64,000 nucleotides of DNA from contig CAYSHM010000005.1 in the NCBI GenBank assembly GCA_964430885.1, positions 1 to 64,000 on the forward strand. The letters are read 5' to 3'. The notes below the pieces were generated by a model that was not told where the DNA came from, did not search any database, and saw nothing but the letters and a program-made list of their open reading frames with translations. The translations under genes and the position numbers were made by a program. This document shows positions 9,917-20,642 of this stretch, piece by piece. How positions within the stretch are numbered: position 1 is the first letter of the stretch; each line of letters starts with the position of its first letter. The stretch is from an uncultured archaeon. Lineage in GTDB: Archaea > Thermoplasmatota > Penumbrarchaeia > JASLWR01.

Positions 9917-12900
9917 TTATTTCTTGAAATGATTGACTGCGTAGACCGTTCCGGCTGCGGTCATTCCGGCGAGGATAATAAAGAACACTATCCACGGTGT
10001 GGATTCCTCATTGATTCCAAGACGTTCGGCCCAAGTGCTCTCCTTAACATTGATGTTCTTTTCAATGATATTATTGCCTTCTGATTCTTCCACTATCTCA
10101 TTATCCGGATCTATGGCAATGCGTATTTCATGTTTTCCGCTGGTTACCGGCCAAACAAAGGTGACGATCTTAACACCGCCGTCCTCCTTCTCCTTTGTTC
10201 CGCTCAATCGGGGGAGTAGTCTAGTATCCACCTCTTTGTTGTCAACATACAGACTGACACTTATATCCTCTGCAGTTAACACACCGGTGTTCCTCACCTT
10301 GGCCGTGAAAGAGGCAACTTTTCCAACTTCAAGAGGCGTATGTGCAATACCGGTTGCATTGTCAAGACGCAGGTCAGGCATAATAATAGTGATCTTGAAG
10401 TTCTCGACATTATCGGCAGGATAAACATCACCGTCCCTTAAAGCCTTGATACTGAAATCAAAATAACCTTCCTTCTTCTCCTCTGGAACTTCAACTCTGA
10501 CGCCGATATAAAGTGAATCGCCTACATCCATACGGATGTTGAGGTCATTGATAGATGCAAGGTCGCTCGTACTTGGAACGTATAACACGTTAACATCGCC
10601 ATTGATCAGATTGATGGTCCCGTTGAAATTGATGGGTTCCAATTTCGTAAGTGATTCTATCTTTCTGTTAAGGGAGATGAAGGGGAAATATATGTTCCAA
10701 TCCAGTATATCGGCGAATGATATGTTCAATTTGACATCATCTATTGCATTTCCGATGTTCTTAACTTCGAAGATGAAATCGCATTCGCTTCTGGGCGGTG
10801 CGTCCTTTTCTACAATGTCGGATATTACCATGAAGTTGGCCTTTTTATTGACGTAAAGATCAACATACTTGGTATCACCGTAGCCCAATATCTTCTCCCT
10901 GCTGGAGTAATTGATGCCTATCTTATATGGATCCTGACCAGGGGTCTCCGGGTTTGCATCCCACATTGCATTGGATGGAACCTGAATGGTAACCCAAGTG
11001 GAACCGTTCATATATGGACCCAATACCATTGAAGAGTTGATGAACTGATAGTCCCAACCTAATGGCAGATCTACAATGGCCAGATCCACGATCTCGTCAC
11101 CATTACCTTCATTGACTATGTTGACCTGATAATCCACCTCTTTCCCTGGATCGCAGTTCAATGATGGAGGTACTACCGAACCTGATAACTTTGAAACCAG
11201 ATTGGAAATACCGGTGACAGATATAGATGATGCTGGGAATTCCATACCGAAATTATCATAGCCGGTAGCCCTGATTTCAATAACCTTCCGTATACCTGCA
11301 ACTGCATGGTTGGGGGCAGCGATCTGGAACTTGATCTTCTTGATATCTCTGCTCATGATCTCAAAGTTATTGGTCTGGAATCCTGCGGACCATTTCTCAT
11401 CGAATATCTGAAGTGAATTGACTATATCTCCAGCTCCAGTGAATGAGAAGATGACATCGAGTGAGGATTCGTAGTTGTTGGTGATTATCAACTCGTACTC
11501 CACTATTGAACCCGGGTCAATATGCTTGGAGTCATCCTCGCATACGACCACTATTGCAGGCAAACCGGTTACGGTCAGCAGCAGATTGTCTGATCTCCTG
11601 AGGGTCCCCAATCCGAGAGAATTATACATCTGGGATATTGCTGTAATTGTAATATCCACTCTCTCACCCTTGGAAGCCGTGATCGGAGCTTCGACGGTGA
11701 TATTGATGATCACCGAATCAGCAGCCCCTTTCTTTCCTAGAGAAGTATTATATTTATCAGTCCCATCATCGAACATTACTTTCCAGTTGGATGGATAGGA
11801 AAGGGTAACATCATAGGTATCGTTCACATTACCCATGTTATGAAGTTCGGCATGGTATATCTTCCTCTCCCCAGGAGCTATCTCGCCTATCTTATAACCT
11901 GTGAACTCGTCCTTGTCAGCAAGGAATTCAAGGTCAAAATCCACTTCAATGTCAAGTATGGATACCGTTGCAAGCTTATCCTGGGTAACACCGTATTCAT
12001 TGGTCAATCGGGCAATCACACTGACGACACACGGTTCACTAACCTTTCCCAAAGGCGGTGCGGTAACAGACAGAGTGACATTATCCGTCTCATGCATCTT
12101 CAGCTCGACCCACCATAGCTTTGAACCGTCCGGCTGCTCCAAACCGTCATCGTCGTTGCTTGGGGTATCAAGCTCAGCACTCCAACCCGGAAGAGGATCA
12201 GTTATGGACAATTCAATCTTATCGGCCTCCTCATAAGCCTGGCTGAGAGGATTCTCCACGAAACCTAGGGCTGAACCCACTGTTATGTTGTAGGTAACTG
12301 TATGTTCAGGCTGAACCATTTTGACCATGTCGTCCTCTTCGCCTGTGTTGGGATCCTTCTGCGGCTCAACAACAACATCGTTGGGTTTGTTGATACCAAG
12401 GTTAAGAGTATTTATGGCCATGGCAGTCCCCCATACCATTCCATACTCTCCATTCCAGCTCCCGTCTGCGTTCTGGGAGCTCATGAGTGCATCGGAAACC
12501 TCAGCATACCAATCCTGCCATTCCTGTCCGCCCACAAGATACATGGCAATGGATGCATGGTAAGTATAATAGAATTGGTTTATATTGTAGGTTGGACCCC
12601 AACCCCTTATGGAATTCAATGCCCCCTGAACAGATGGCTTATCACCTTTACCCATGAGAAGCATACAATATGTTCCCACTGCAGTATTGGTGTAGGAAGT
12701 ATAAGCTCCGCTGTAACCGTACCCTGAACCGCTCGCACAGTGATCAAGCCATCTCTCAGAGTATTCAAAGGTATAATCTGGAACATCATAGATACCCGAA
12801 GATTCCGCTAGAATGACTGCGTGCATGTTCCATCCTGAAAGCGAGGTATCTGATGAAGTATGTGTAGGAGTATATCTCCAACCGCCCTGGCTCCGAGGAC

Positions 12901-13522
12901 CTCCAAGTGACGCGGGTTTGTGAGGCGTGTTCTGTGCCCGAACAACCATATCAACTGATTCATTGATATATGGCAATATGGATATATCACGGGTATGGAA
13001 ATAATAATCTATAAGTGATGCGCATGCGGAACCCTGCTGATACATTTCACCATGGGTGTAGGTCGGATGAAATTTATCGTTCAAAAGCATCCCGCCCCAT
13101 CTATCCTTATCATTCTGGCTGTTATAATCCGCAGGATCGTGCCATACAAATCTGAGGAACCTAACCGCACCCTCAATGGCATCCTGCCATCGGGGATCCG
13201 TAGCATTGAAATCCACAAATGCTCTGAGACAGCTCCCTATCATATTGGTGTTCTTCCCGTAACTGTCAACCCAACCGCCATCAGCATGCTGGGTCTCGTT
13301 CAGATATTCAAGGCCAGCCTCGATGGATTCTTTGATTTCAGCTACTTCATCTTCATCCATGGGTCGGGTACCTTTATATGATTTTAATTCAGCACCCTCG
13401 CCGTATACGTGGGCCTGACTGCTTTCTTCAAATATTCCTTTGCCTGCCAATATTGTGGCAAACATAAATGAGAATAGAAAACCTAACACGATTATCCTTT
13501 TATAGGTTATTTTCTTCACCAT
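9917..13522 (-). CDS. Secreted prenyltransferase-repeat barrel protein with Ig-like/NEW3/CARDB stalk and TM anchor
   Basis: Barrel motifs TQHADGGW, GGWRY..DTSLSGW, SQNADGSW. Repeated N.GN..D Ig motifs. CARDB motif IDPDNEIVEESEGNN. C-terminal TM helix. Confidence 0.85.
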   Translation of the reverse strand: MVKKITYKRIIVLGFLFSFMFATILAGKGIFEESSQAHVYGEGAELKSYKGTRPMDEDEVAEIKESIEAGLEYLNETQHADGGWVDSYGKNTNMIGSCLRAFVDFNATDPRWQDAIEGAVRFLRFVWHDPADYNSQNDKDRWGGMLLNDKFHPTYTHGEMYQQGSACASLIDYYFHTRDISILPYINESVDMVVRAQNTPHKPASLGGPRSQGGWRYTPTHTSSDTSLSGWNMHAVILAESSGIYDVPDYTFEYSERWLDHCASGSGYGYSGAYTSYTNTAVGTYCMLLMGKGDKPSVQGALNSIRGWGPTYNINQFYYTYHASIAMYLVGGQEWQDWYAEVSDALMSSQNADGSWNGEYGMVWGTAMAINTLNLGINKPNDVVVEPQKDPNTGEEDDMVKMVQPEHTVTYNITVGSALGFVENPLSQAYEEADKIELSITDPLPGWSAELDTPSNDDDGLEQPDGSKLWWVELKMHETDNVTLSVTAPPLGKVSEPCVVSVIARLTNEYGVTQDKLATVSILDIEVDFDLEFLADKDEFTGYKIGEIAPGERKIYHAELHNMGNVNDTYDVTLSYPSNWKVMFDDGTDKYNTSLGKKGAADSVIINITVEAPITASKGERVDITITAISQMYNSLGLGTLRRSDNLLLTVTGLPAIVVVCEDDSKHIDPGSIVEYELIITNNYESSLDVIFSFTGAGDIVNSLQIFDEKWSAGFQTNNFEIMSRDIKKIKFQIAAPNHAVAGIRKVIEIRATGYDNFGMEFPASSISVTGISNLVSKLSGSVVPPSLNCDPGKEVDYQVNIVNEGNGDEIVDLAIVDLPLGWDYQFINSSMVLGPYMNGSTWVTIQVPSNAMWDANPETPGQDPYKIGINYSSREKILGYGDTKYVDLYVNKKANFMVISDIVEKDAPPRSECDFIFEVKNIGNAIDDVKLNISFADILDWNIYFPFISLNRKIESLTKLEPINFNGTINLINGDVNVLYVPSTSDLASINDLNIRMDVGDSLYIGVRVEVPEEKKEGYFDFSIKALRDGDVYPADNVENFKITIIMPDLRLDNATGIAHTPLEVGKVASFTAKVRNTGVLTAEDISVSLYVDNKEVDTRLLPRLSGTKEKEDGGVKIVTFVWPVTSGKHEIRIAIDPDNEIVEESEGNNIIEKNINVKESTWAERLGINEESTPWIVFFIILAGMTAAGTVYAVNHFKK

Positions 13523-13823
13523 ACGATCACTTTCCTGTTACAGCTTCATTTTATGGTTATCTCTTCATATGATACTTTTGAATACTATTTGGATTAAAAT
13601 ATCTAACTCTTATTATATATAGATATTGATACATATTTTTAATTAAGCCCTACCAATTCCTTCCTAGAAATAATGATTAGTAGACACTGTTAACCAATAC
13701 CAAATTATATTATTTTTGGGTTAAAATATACTATAAAAAGGAAAGAAAAATTATATCATTCACTTATAAATAAATCCAATAATATTTACAGATTCGATCC
13801 TTCTTTCATAAGTAAATGGATAT

Positions 13824-15188
13824 TTATTCAAACTTCTCTACAATAGTAGTAAACTTCAATCCTTCATGAGCTAGCAGTTCCAATATCGGCGCATATAGAT
13901 CTGATGTGATCGGACGATGAACACCAACATCACAAATTTTTCCCTGAAGTATTAGGTCCACAGCCATGGCTGCAGGCAACCCTACTGTTCGAGACATAGC
14001 AGAATCTCCTCCTGGTTTTCCCATAGCCGCCATATAACAGGATATTTTTTCAAAGCTTCCTTCTGAACTATTTTCATCTTTATCCGGTATATGGGCTACA
14101 ATCTCATGGAGAAGAAGTATCATATCACGTTCTCCCGGACCATATTTCAGTTTCCCCTCCAATATATGTGCTAGAATCTCAACTCGGTCCCTGCTGCCAT
14201 CCATGATTTCTTCATCAAATAATCCTAAATAATCCAATCTTTCAATGAAGCCGCTGACCATTTCTTTTTCCTCAGGGGAAGAATCATCTAGAAAATCATT
14301 GCCGATGACTTTTATTAGATCCTCCTGCAACTCTTCACCCAATATATGAGCTAAATAATCCGCATAGCTGATATCCCCCAAATCTTCCCGGATATCCTCG
14401 ATAAGGCCCATATCTACCATCCTTTTCCAAGTACTGCACCAACCGAGGTTCCTTAGTGTACCCCTTATGACTGTCTCAGCTTCCTGAATTCCATAAATGT
14501 CAACATAATCCAATGAATTCCGGTTCGGGTAGGTCTCAAAAGTTCCAAATTCCGGGAAATCTATATGCCAATAGCTTGAGAAAAGATCTTTTGAAGGAAT
14601 ATTAATTATCCCACCATCCTTCTTGTAATTGGCCGAGTTCCGTCCGGCCAATACGACGCCTTTGGAACTCCAAGAGAATTTATATCCCCATGGATTATCG
14701 TTTGCTTCAGGCGACGGCAGTCCGCCACAGAAAGACTGAAAACTGATTACCTTCCCTCCTCGGTTGTGAACATCGTCAATAACCTCCATGGCACCCATGT
14801 GATCTATCCCCGGATCCAATCCGCACTCGTTCAATAATATAATCCCCGCCTCTCGTGCATCATCATCCAAGGATGCCATCTCATCACGGACATAGGACGT
14901 GGTTACCAAAGGTTTTTTATTTTTAATGCACAGTATAGCTACTTTAACATGATAAATATAGGGCAGCAGACTTACCACTAAATCGGATTGGGCAACCAAT
15001 TCATTCATTCTATTGACGTCGGTTACGAGTAATTCAATACACCTGCCTCTTTCATGTCCAGAAATTATTAGCCGGGCTTTCTCAAGGGTTCTTGTTGCCA
15101 TTGTGACAATATATTTACCAGTATCCAATAGATAATTTACCAGAGGTCGTGAAACCATTCCTGCACCTAGAACAAGTACTTTTTTCAT
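13824..15188 (-). CDS. Saccharopine dehydrogenase (NAD+, glutamate-forming)
   Basis: MKKVLVLGAGMVS, NECGLDPGIDHM, SFCGGLPSPE, YKFSWS, YPNRNS, AMSRTVGLPAA. ATG 15188 preferred because of the GAGGT SD. Confidence 0.92.
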   Translation of the reverse strand: MKKVLVLGAGMVSRPLVNYLLDTGKYIVTMATRTLEKARLIISGHERGRCIELLVTDVNRMNELVAQSDLVVSLLPYIYHVKVAILCIKNKKPLVTTSYVRDEMASLDDDAREAGIILLNECGLDPGIDHMGAMEVIDDVHNRGGKVISFQSFCGGLPSPEANDNPWGYKFSWSSKGVVLAGRNSANYKKDGGIINIPSKDLFSSYWHIDFPEFGTFETYPNRNSLDYVDIYGIQEAETVIRGTLRNLGWCSTWKRMVDMGLIEDIREDLGDISYADYLAHILGEELQEDLIKVIGNDFLDDSSPEEKEMVSGFIERLDYLGLFDEEIMDGSRDRVEILAHILEGKLKYGPGERDMILLLHEIVAHIPDKDENSSEGSFEKISCYMAAMGKPGGDSAMSRTVGLPAAMAVDLILQGKICDVGVHRPITSDLYAPILELLAHEGLKFTTIVEKFE

Positions 15189-15226
15189 TTTGCATACCTC
15201 GGAGATCGTCCAATATATGTGCATAT

Positions 15227-16570
15227 CTAATTTGATGGGTCAATGTAATCTTTCATATACTCAAAATCTGTTGTGAAACGTCCTTTCAACAAAATTATGC
15301 TTCTCTCCAGTTCTTTCCGAAGCGATAGGTATTCCATTTTGTCCCATTTTTCCTGAAGGACTATTTCTGGAAGAATATCTTTCAAAATATTTGAGAAAAA
15401 TCCAGAGGATTCACGAGAAAATTCCGCAGGGAGATTATCAACGGCTAAAATCACAGGCCCATTTCCTCGAACACCTTCTTTGGTTGTACCATCATCAACA
15501 TCAAATACATAAACGGAAGAATCTGGCTGTGTACAGTATTCGTTGCACTCAATGGCACCGTTCACATCGCAGCTGATATCACCTATTACCTTTAGTCTAT
15601 TATCTCCCGATTCACCAAAGAAGGTCTTAACATCATCTTTTTTCAACAGTCTGGGATAGCGCTCATCCCAGTATATGCCGTTCATTAAAATGGTTAAACG
15701 GGGAATGAACTTTGAAAAAATTGACCTGTATCGATTTGGATTGGTATAATAATCATTGAGATCAAATGGAGCCTCAGGATCCCGGGGTTCCACCATATCC
15801 TTTTCCTTGAAAATAACTTTAATAAATCTGCCGCTCAAGGGATTAACTTCGTTATTGGCCTCAACCGAAGGAGTCAAATCCAGTTCCATCAATTGGCCGG
15901 GTGTGATCACCACAGGATCCAACAGATCAAATATCTCCTGGGCACCTCCTGAAACATTCCCGTATCCTGCAAACCCGCAAATTAAAGGCATCAATCCAGG
16001 CTCAGACCACTCTTTCATCTCCACCCCCATATTGGTTATCTCTGCCTTTGCCTCTGAAAGAGTAGTATACTGCCAAGCCTGTTTGATCTTTCCCAAAGGA
16101 GTTTCATATCCCTCATTGGCCAACCTTCTGCCAAGAGCCCACAATGAATCCACCATTCCTGCAAGGCCAGCGTAATTTCCAAAAAATATCAAGCGTCTGC
16201 CGTTATCGTCCTTCATCATTTCATAATCGATCAATGTGCAGCCCAGATCCCTCAGCCTTTTCAGCATACCCATATTATATTCCTGCCCCTTGATGGTATG
16301 GGAAAAGAACAGGTAGGTACCATTCCTTCTGAAGGTCTCTATGGGAAATTCCTTTATCCCGATAACAATATCGCATGAGGAGAGGTCATCATCAAGTCTA
16401 GCACCAGCTCTCAGGTACTCGTCATCAGTGAATATTCTATGATTGGACGGTTGAACAATAAAATCGAAACCAAATAGTTCCTTCAATAATTCCACGTCAT
16501 CAGGGGTTAGAGGCGCTCTTTTCTCCCATTCACTCTTATGTTCCTCAATAATACCAATGGTTCGAGCCAT
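15227..16570 (-). CDS. Lysine-ketoglutarate reductase (LKR domain of AASS)
   Basis: WEKRAPLTP, FFSHTIKGQEYNM, LIDYE, GYGNVSGGAQEI, GIYWDERYPRL, DISCD, VDNLPAE. Confidence 0.9.
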   Translation of the reverse strand: MARTIGIIEEHKSEWEKRAPLTPDDVELLKELFGFDFIVQPSNHRIFTDDEYLRAGARLDDDLSSCDIVIGIKEFPIETFRRNGTYLFFSHTIKGQEYNMGMLKRLRDLGCTLIDYEMMKDDNGRRLIFFGNYAGLAGMVDSLWALGRRLANEGYETPLGKIKQAWQYTTLSEAKAEITNMGVEMKEWSEPGLMPLICGFAGYGNVSGGAQEIFDLLDPVVITPGQLMELDLTPSVEANNEVNPLSGRFIKVIFKEKDMVEPRDPEAPFDLNDYYTNPNRYRSIFSKFIPRLTILMNGIYWDERYPRLLKKDDVKTFFGESGDNRLKVIGDISCDVNGAIECNEYCTQPDSSVYVFDVDDGTTKEGVRGNGPVILAVDNLPAEFSRESSGFFSNILKDILPEIVLQEKWDKMEYLSLRKELERSIILLKGRFTTDFEYMKDYIDPSN

Positions 16571-16839
16571 TTAATCACCCGCATAGTTGACAAATATTTT
16601 CATATGGTTTTCAGAACGCCACGTATTACAATATCTACTATCTTAAATGCATCGGTACTTTATTTCATTTTGTACAATCAACCTGAAAAATGGAGGGGCT
16701 AGATAAATATTTCCAAAATGTTTAATATGACCAATATAATGTGGGGGATGCCCGGGAAATGGGGCAAATTTTTATGTCTATTATGGACTACTTTTCATAG
16801 TTACGGATACTGAATATCATCAATCCGCAGGTGTTGAAT

Positions 16840-17802
16840 ATGAACGGGAACGAATTGGGAAATATGCTAATAACCGGTGCAGTGGGCCAGATCGGTTCTG
16901 AGCTCACAATGGCTTTGAGAGAAACCTATGGTAAAGATAGTGTTATCGCCATGGGAAGAAAGACGAAACCCTCTGAAGAACTGTTGAACAGCGGCCCCTT
17001 CGTTTGGGGGGATGTTACTGATGAAGAGACAATGACCAATATCATTGAGAAATACAACATAAAAACAATTTTCCACATGGCCGCAATACTCTCCGCTGTG
17101 GGCGAGAAAAATCCACAACTAGCCTATCGTGTGAACATGAACGGTCTTTACAATGTTCTTGAACTCGCTAGAAAACTAGGATTGAGGCTCTTCTGTCCTA
17201 GTTCGATAGCTGCTTTCGGACCTGAAACACCAAGGGACAACACTCCACAGGAAACGGTTCTTAAACCAAAAACCATGTACGGTGTGACCAAGGTCGCAGG
17301 GGAACTGCTGTGTGACTATTACTTCCACCGATTTAAAGTGGATGTAAGGGGCCTTAGATATCCAGGCATTATAAGTCACAAGACCTTGCCTGGCGGAGGG
17401 ACCACCGATTACGCTGTTGCCATCTACTATGAGGCCATTAAGGAAAAGAAGTACAACTGCTTTGTGAAATCGGATACACGGCTACCCATGATGTATATGC
17501 CTGACTGCATCAAAGCCACAATTGATATCATGAAAGCACCTCTGGAAAACCTAATCCATCATTCAGATTTCAACGTTGGAGCAATGAGCTTCTCAGCAGA
17601 GGAATTGGCAAATTCAATCAAAAATCACATACCTGAATTCCAATGCACTTATAAACCTGATTACCGCCAGGCAATAGCTGATTCCTGGCCCATGTCTGTC
17701 GATGATACAGCGGCAAGGGAAGAATGGGGATGGGAGCCAGATTACGATCTGGATGCCATGACCGAGGATATGCTGAAGAATCTTGAAAAGAAATTGTTGT
17801 AA
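16840..17802 (+). CDS. tdh: L-threonine 3-dehydrogenase (SDR type)
   Basis: TGAVGQIGSEL, LSAVGE, PSSIAAFG, YGVTK, PGGGTTDYAV, LPMMYMPD, RQAIADSWP. Adjacent to kbl. Confidence 0.9.
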   Translation: MNGNELGNMLITGAVGQIGSELTMALRETYGKDSVIAMGRKTKPSEELLNSGPFVWGDVTDEETMTNIIEKYNIKTIFHMAAILSAVGEKNPQLAYRVNMNGLYNVLELARKLGLRLFCPSSIAAFGPETPRDNTPQETVLKPKTMYGVTKVAGELLCDYYFHRFKVDVRGLRYPGIISHKTLPGGGTTDYAVAIYYEAIKEKKYNCFVKSDTRLPMMYMPDCIKATIDIMKAPLENLIHHSDFNVGAMSFSAEELANSIKNHIPEFQCTYKPDYRQAIADSWPMSVDDTAAREEWGWEPDYDLDAMTEDMLKNLEKKLL

Positions 17803-17881
17803 ATAGAACAGATAATTATTACTATGGTTTTTCCAATCATGGAAATTGCATTATGAGTATTTCATTAGGAGGAGTAATAGA

Positions 17882-19072
17882 ATGGATCGACACCCAACTG
17901 CTTTTTTAAAAGATGAATTTGACGAACTAGTGGACAAGGGTTTCAACTGGGACCTTAGGATATTGGTCGGAGGTTCCACACCCCGATGTAATGTGGACGG
18001 AAAGGAGATGATCATGCTGTGTTCCAATAATTATCTCAATCTCAGCAATCATCCCAGGATAGTGGACGCTGCCAGGGAAATACTAGATTCCCATGGGGCT
18101 GGATCCGGCTCTGTAAGAGCAATAGCTGGAAATATGGATATCCATCTTGAGGTTGAAAAGGCTCTCGCGGATTTCAAGGACCGAGAAGCCTCACTAATAT
18201 ATCAGACGGGTTTTGCTGTCAATGCAGGACTCATCCCTCAACTGGCTCCGGGAAGGGACGACATAATAATATCCGATGAGCTCAACCACGGGTCCATTAT
18301 TGACGGTGTTAGACTGTCTCATGCTGGCCGGGGAGTTTTCAAACATAAGGATATGGGGGAACTTGAAAGCGTGCTTAAAAAGGCAGATCAAGATGGAAAA
18401 AGGAGAATACTGGTGGTGACTGACGGTGTATTTTCAATGGATGGCGACATTGCACCCATGGATGAAATATGCAACCTCGCCCAGGAATACGGTGCTATGA
18501 CCTATGTGGATGATGCTCACGGAGAAGGCGTGCTGGGTCATCACGGTAAAGGTATCGGTCATCATTTCGGCGTTGAAGATAGAATCGATGTTGAGATGGG
18601 TACATTCTCCAAGGCATATGGTGTCGTGGGTGGACTGGCTGCAGGAAGTCAGGATCTTGTAAACTTTGCTTACAACAAATCCCGAACCTGGTTATTGTCT
18701 GGCTCCCACCCGCCTCAAGTTTCTGCAGCCCAGCTAGCAGCCATTAAAGTTCTCGATGAAGAACCAGAGCACTGGGAGAGGCTTTGGGAGAACACTAATT
18801 ACTTCAAGAAAGAGCTCAATAGTATGGGATTCGACACTGGCGAATCCGAAACCCCCATCACCCCAGTGATGTGCGGTGAATCACATAAGGCCAAAGGACT
18901 ATCCAAGGGCCTTATGGAAGCCGGAGTCTTTGCTCTACCCATAGTTTTCCCAATGGTGGCCAGGGACAAGGCAAGAATCAGAACAATGATGAATGCTGGA
19001 CTCTCCAAAGAAGATCTTGATGATGCCCTCAATGCCTTTGAAAAGGCAGGAAAAGAACAGAATATCATCTAA
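17882..19072 (+). CDS. kbl: Glycine C-acetyltransferase (2-amino-3-ketobutyrate CoA ligase)
   Basis: CSNNYL, SDELNHGSIIDG, TDGVFSMDGD, DDAHG, PLP lysine in GTFSKA. AGGAGG SD before ATG 17882. Confidence 0.88.
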   Translation: MDRHPTAFLKDEFDELVDKGFNWDLRILVGGSTPRCNVDGKEMIMLCSNNYLNLSNHPRIVDAAREILDSHGAGSGSVRAIAGNMDIHLEVEKALADFKDREASLIYQTGFAVNAGLIPQLAPGRDDIIISDELNHGSIIDGVRLSHAGRGVFKHKDMGELESVLKKADQDGKRRILVVTDGVFSMDGDIAPMDEICNLAQEYGAMTYVDDAHGEGVLGHHGKGIGHHFGVEDRIDVEMGTFSKAYGVVGGLAAGSQDLVNFAYNKSRTWLLSGSHPPQVSAAQLAAIKVLDEEPEHWERLWENTNYFKKELNSMGFDTGESETPITPVMCGESHKAKGLSKGLMEAGVFALPIVFPMVARDKARIRTMMNAGLSKEDLDDALNAFEKAGKEQNII

Positions 19073-19220
19073 AGTAAATCGTGTTACCGCCAAGCCCAAT
19101 ATTTATATTACAAAATGTGCTCCTGAAACTAAATAGTTTAATAATACTATCATATATGAGGTATTGTTGAATTATAATCAAATATGGTTTAATGGAGTGT
19201 AGAATGATATCAGCAGTGAA

Positions 19221-20594
19221 TTGATGTTATTGGGTCTGGTATTGATTTTTTCTCTGATTGGAGCCTTTTTCGGTATAATCACTGGTCTCATCCCAGGCCT
19301 TCACGTAAACAATCTGTCAATAATTCTCCTATCATTATCTGGTGTGCTCATGACTGCCCTATCCGGGCTATTGGGAGGCAGCATCCACCAGGTCTTCATA
19401 TCACTCCTTCTAGCCTCGGTTATCGTATCGATATCCATTTCCCATACATTTCATGATTTTATTCCATCCACTTTTTTAGGAGCCCCTGACCCCGATTCGG
19501 CACTCAATGTTCTTCCAGCCCATGAGATGCTTCTCCAGAGAAAGGGATACGAAGCTGTGAGATTATCGGCTATGGGATCCATGGGTGCGGTCATAGTTTG
19601 CTTCATTTTACTTCTGCCCTTCAAAATGGTCATTGGGGAGCCATTGATGCTCTATAACATCTTGAAGGAATATATGATATACATATTGATAGGAATATTC
19701 GTGATCCTGATATTCACCGAGACACGTGAAGTAAAATATTCTTTGAAAGGAAAAGAAAAAGTTTCTCGGGCTCTAGGTGTAGGATTGGCAATTCTGGTAT
19801 TCTTCATTTCCGGTGCCTTTGGTTATACTGTCCTCTCCCTCCCGTATTATCCGGTATATTTCTGGCCTGCACCAGTCATTTTGCCCCGATCGATGATGCC
19901 TCCTGCAGTCCTTTTCCCAATGCTATCAGGAATTTTCGGAATTGCTACTCTTTTGGAGTCTCTGAAGGGCGATGATTTTGCACCAAAACAATCCATTACC
20001 GAACCTGTAATCCCTCCAAAAGAAACTGGATCCTCCATTCTGTCAGGTACTTTGGCAGGCAGTATTGTGGGTTTTCTTCCGGGAATGACCTCAGGTATTG
20101 CCACCATTATGGCAATGATTTTCCGCAAGGACACTGAGAAGAAGCAGGTAATAGTAACCCTATCTGCCATTAATACCGCCAACAGCCTCTTTGTACTGGT
20201 TGCACTTTTCCTAATTCTGCGTCCCAGAAGCGGAGCCGCAATTGTCATAAACCAGCTCATCTCCGTTAAGGCCTGGGATTCCATGCTTCTACCTGAATCC
20301 CTGGGCTACCTCCTCATCAGCGTCCTTGTCGCATCGACCTTGGCCTATTTCACGACAAGCATAATTGGAAAAAGAGCGGCAAAACACTTTCATAGAATAC
20401 CATATAAGAGGCTGATCCAAGGAATAATAGTATTCATATTGATCATGGTGTTTATTTTCACCGGCTGGCTAGGTCTCATTATCCTATTGGTAGGAAGCAT
20501 CGTAGGCACACTGCCTATAAAATTGAACGTTAGAAGGTCTCATGCAATGGGGTGTCTTCTTCTTCCGGTTATATTTATGCTGATGAACCTATGA
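19221..20594 (+). CDS. Tripartite tricarboxylate transporter TctA-family permease (archaeal DUF112 type)
   Basis: GLIPGLHVN, FIPSTFLGAPD, VLPAH, GFLPG, RRSHAMG; multiple TM helices. Confidence 0.85.
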   Translation: MMLLGLVLIFSLIGAFFGIITGLIPGLHVNNLSIILLSLSGVLMTALSGLLGGSIHQVFISLLLASVIVSISISHTFHDFIPSTFLGAPDPDSALNVLPAHEMLLQRKGYEAVRLSAMGSMGAVIVCFILLLPFKMVIGEPLMLYNILKEYMIYILIGIFVILIFTETREVKYSLKGKEKVSRALGVGLAILVFFISGAFGYTVLSLPYYPVYFWPAPVILPRSMMPPAVLFPMLSGIFGIATLLESLKGDDFAPKQSITEPVIPPKETGSSILSGTLAGSIVGFLPGMTSGIATIMAMIFRKDTEKKQVIVTLSAINTANSLFVLVALFLILRPRSGAAIVINQLISVKAWDSMLLPESLGYLLISVLVASTLAYFTTSIIGKRAAKHFHRIPYKRLIQGIIVFILIMVFIFTGWLGLIILLVGSIVGTLPIKLNVRRSHAMGCLLLPVIFMLMNL

Positions 20595-20642
20595 GAGGAA
20601 ATATTGCGTAACCTAAACATATGAAAATGGACTATTGCATAT

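Noticed and set aside
8189-13522. Hopanoid/sterol cyclase or alpha-2-macroglobulin call
   Set aside because: No DxDD motif, only one barrel per protein, exported topology, and no CGEQ thioester motif.
16735-16770. Short GC-rich patch in an AT-rich intergenic region as a possible tRNA or ncRNA
   Set aside because: Too short, with no cloverleaf or T-loop consensus.
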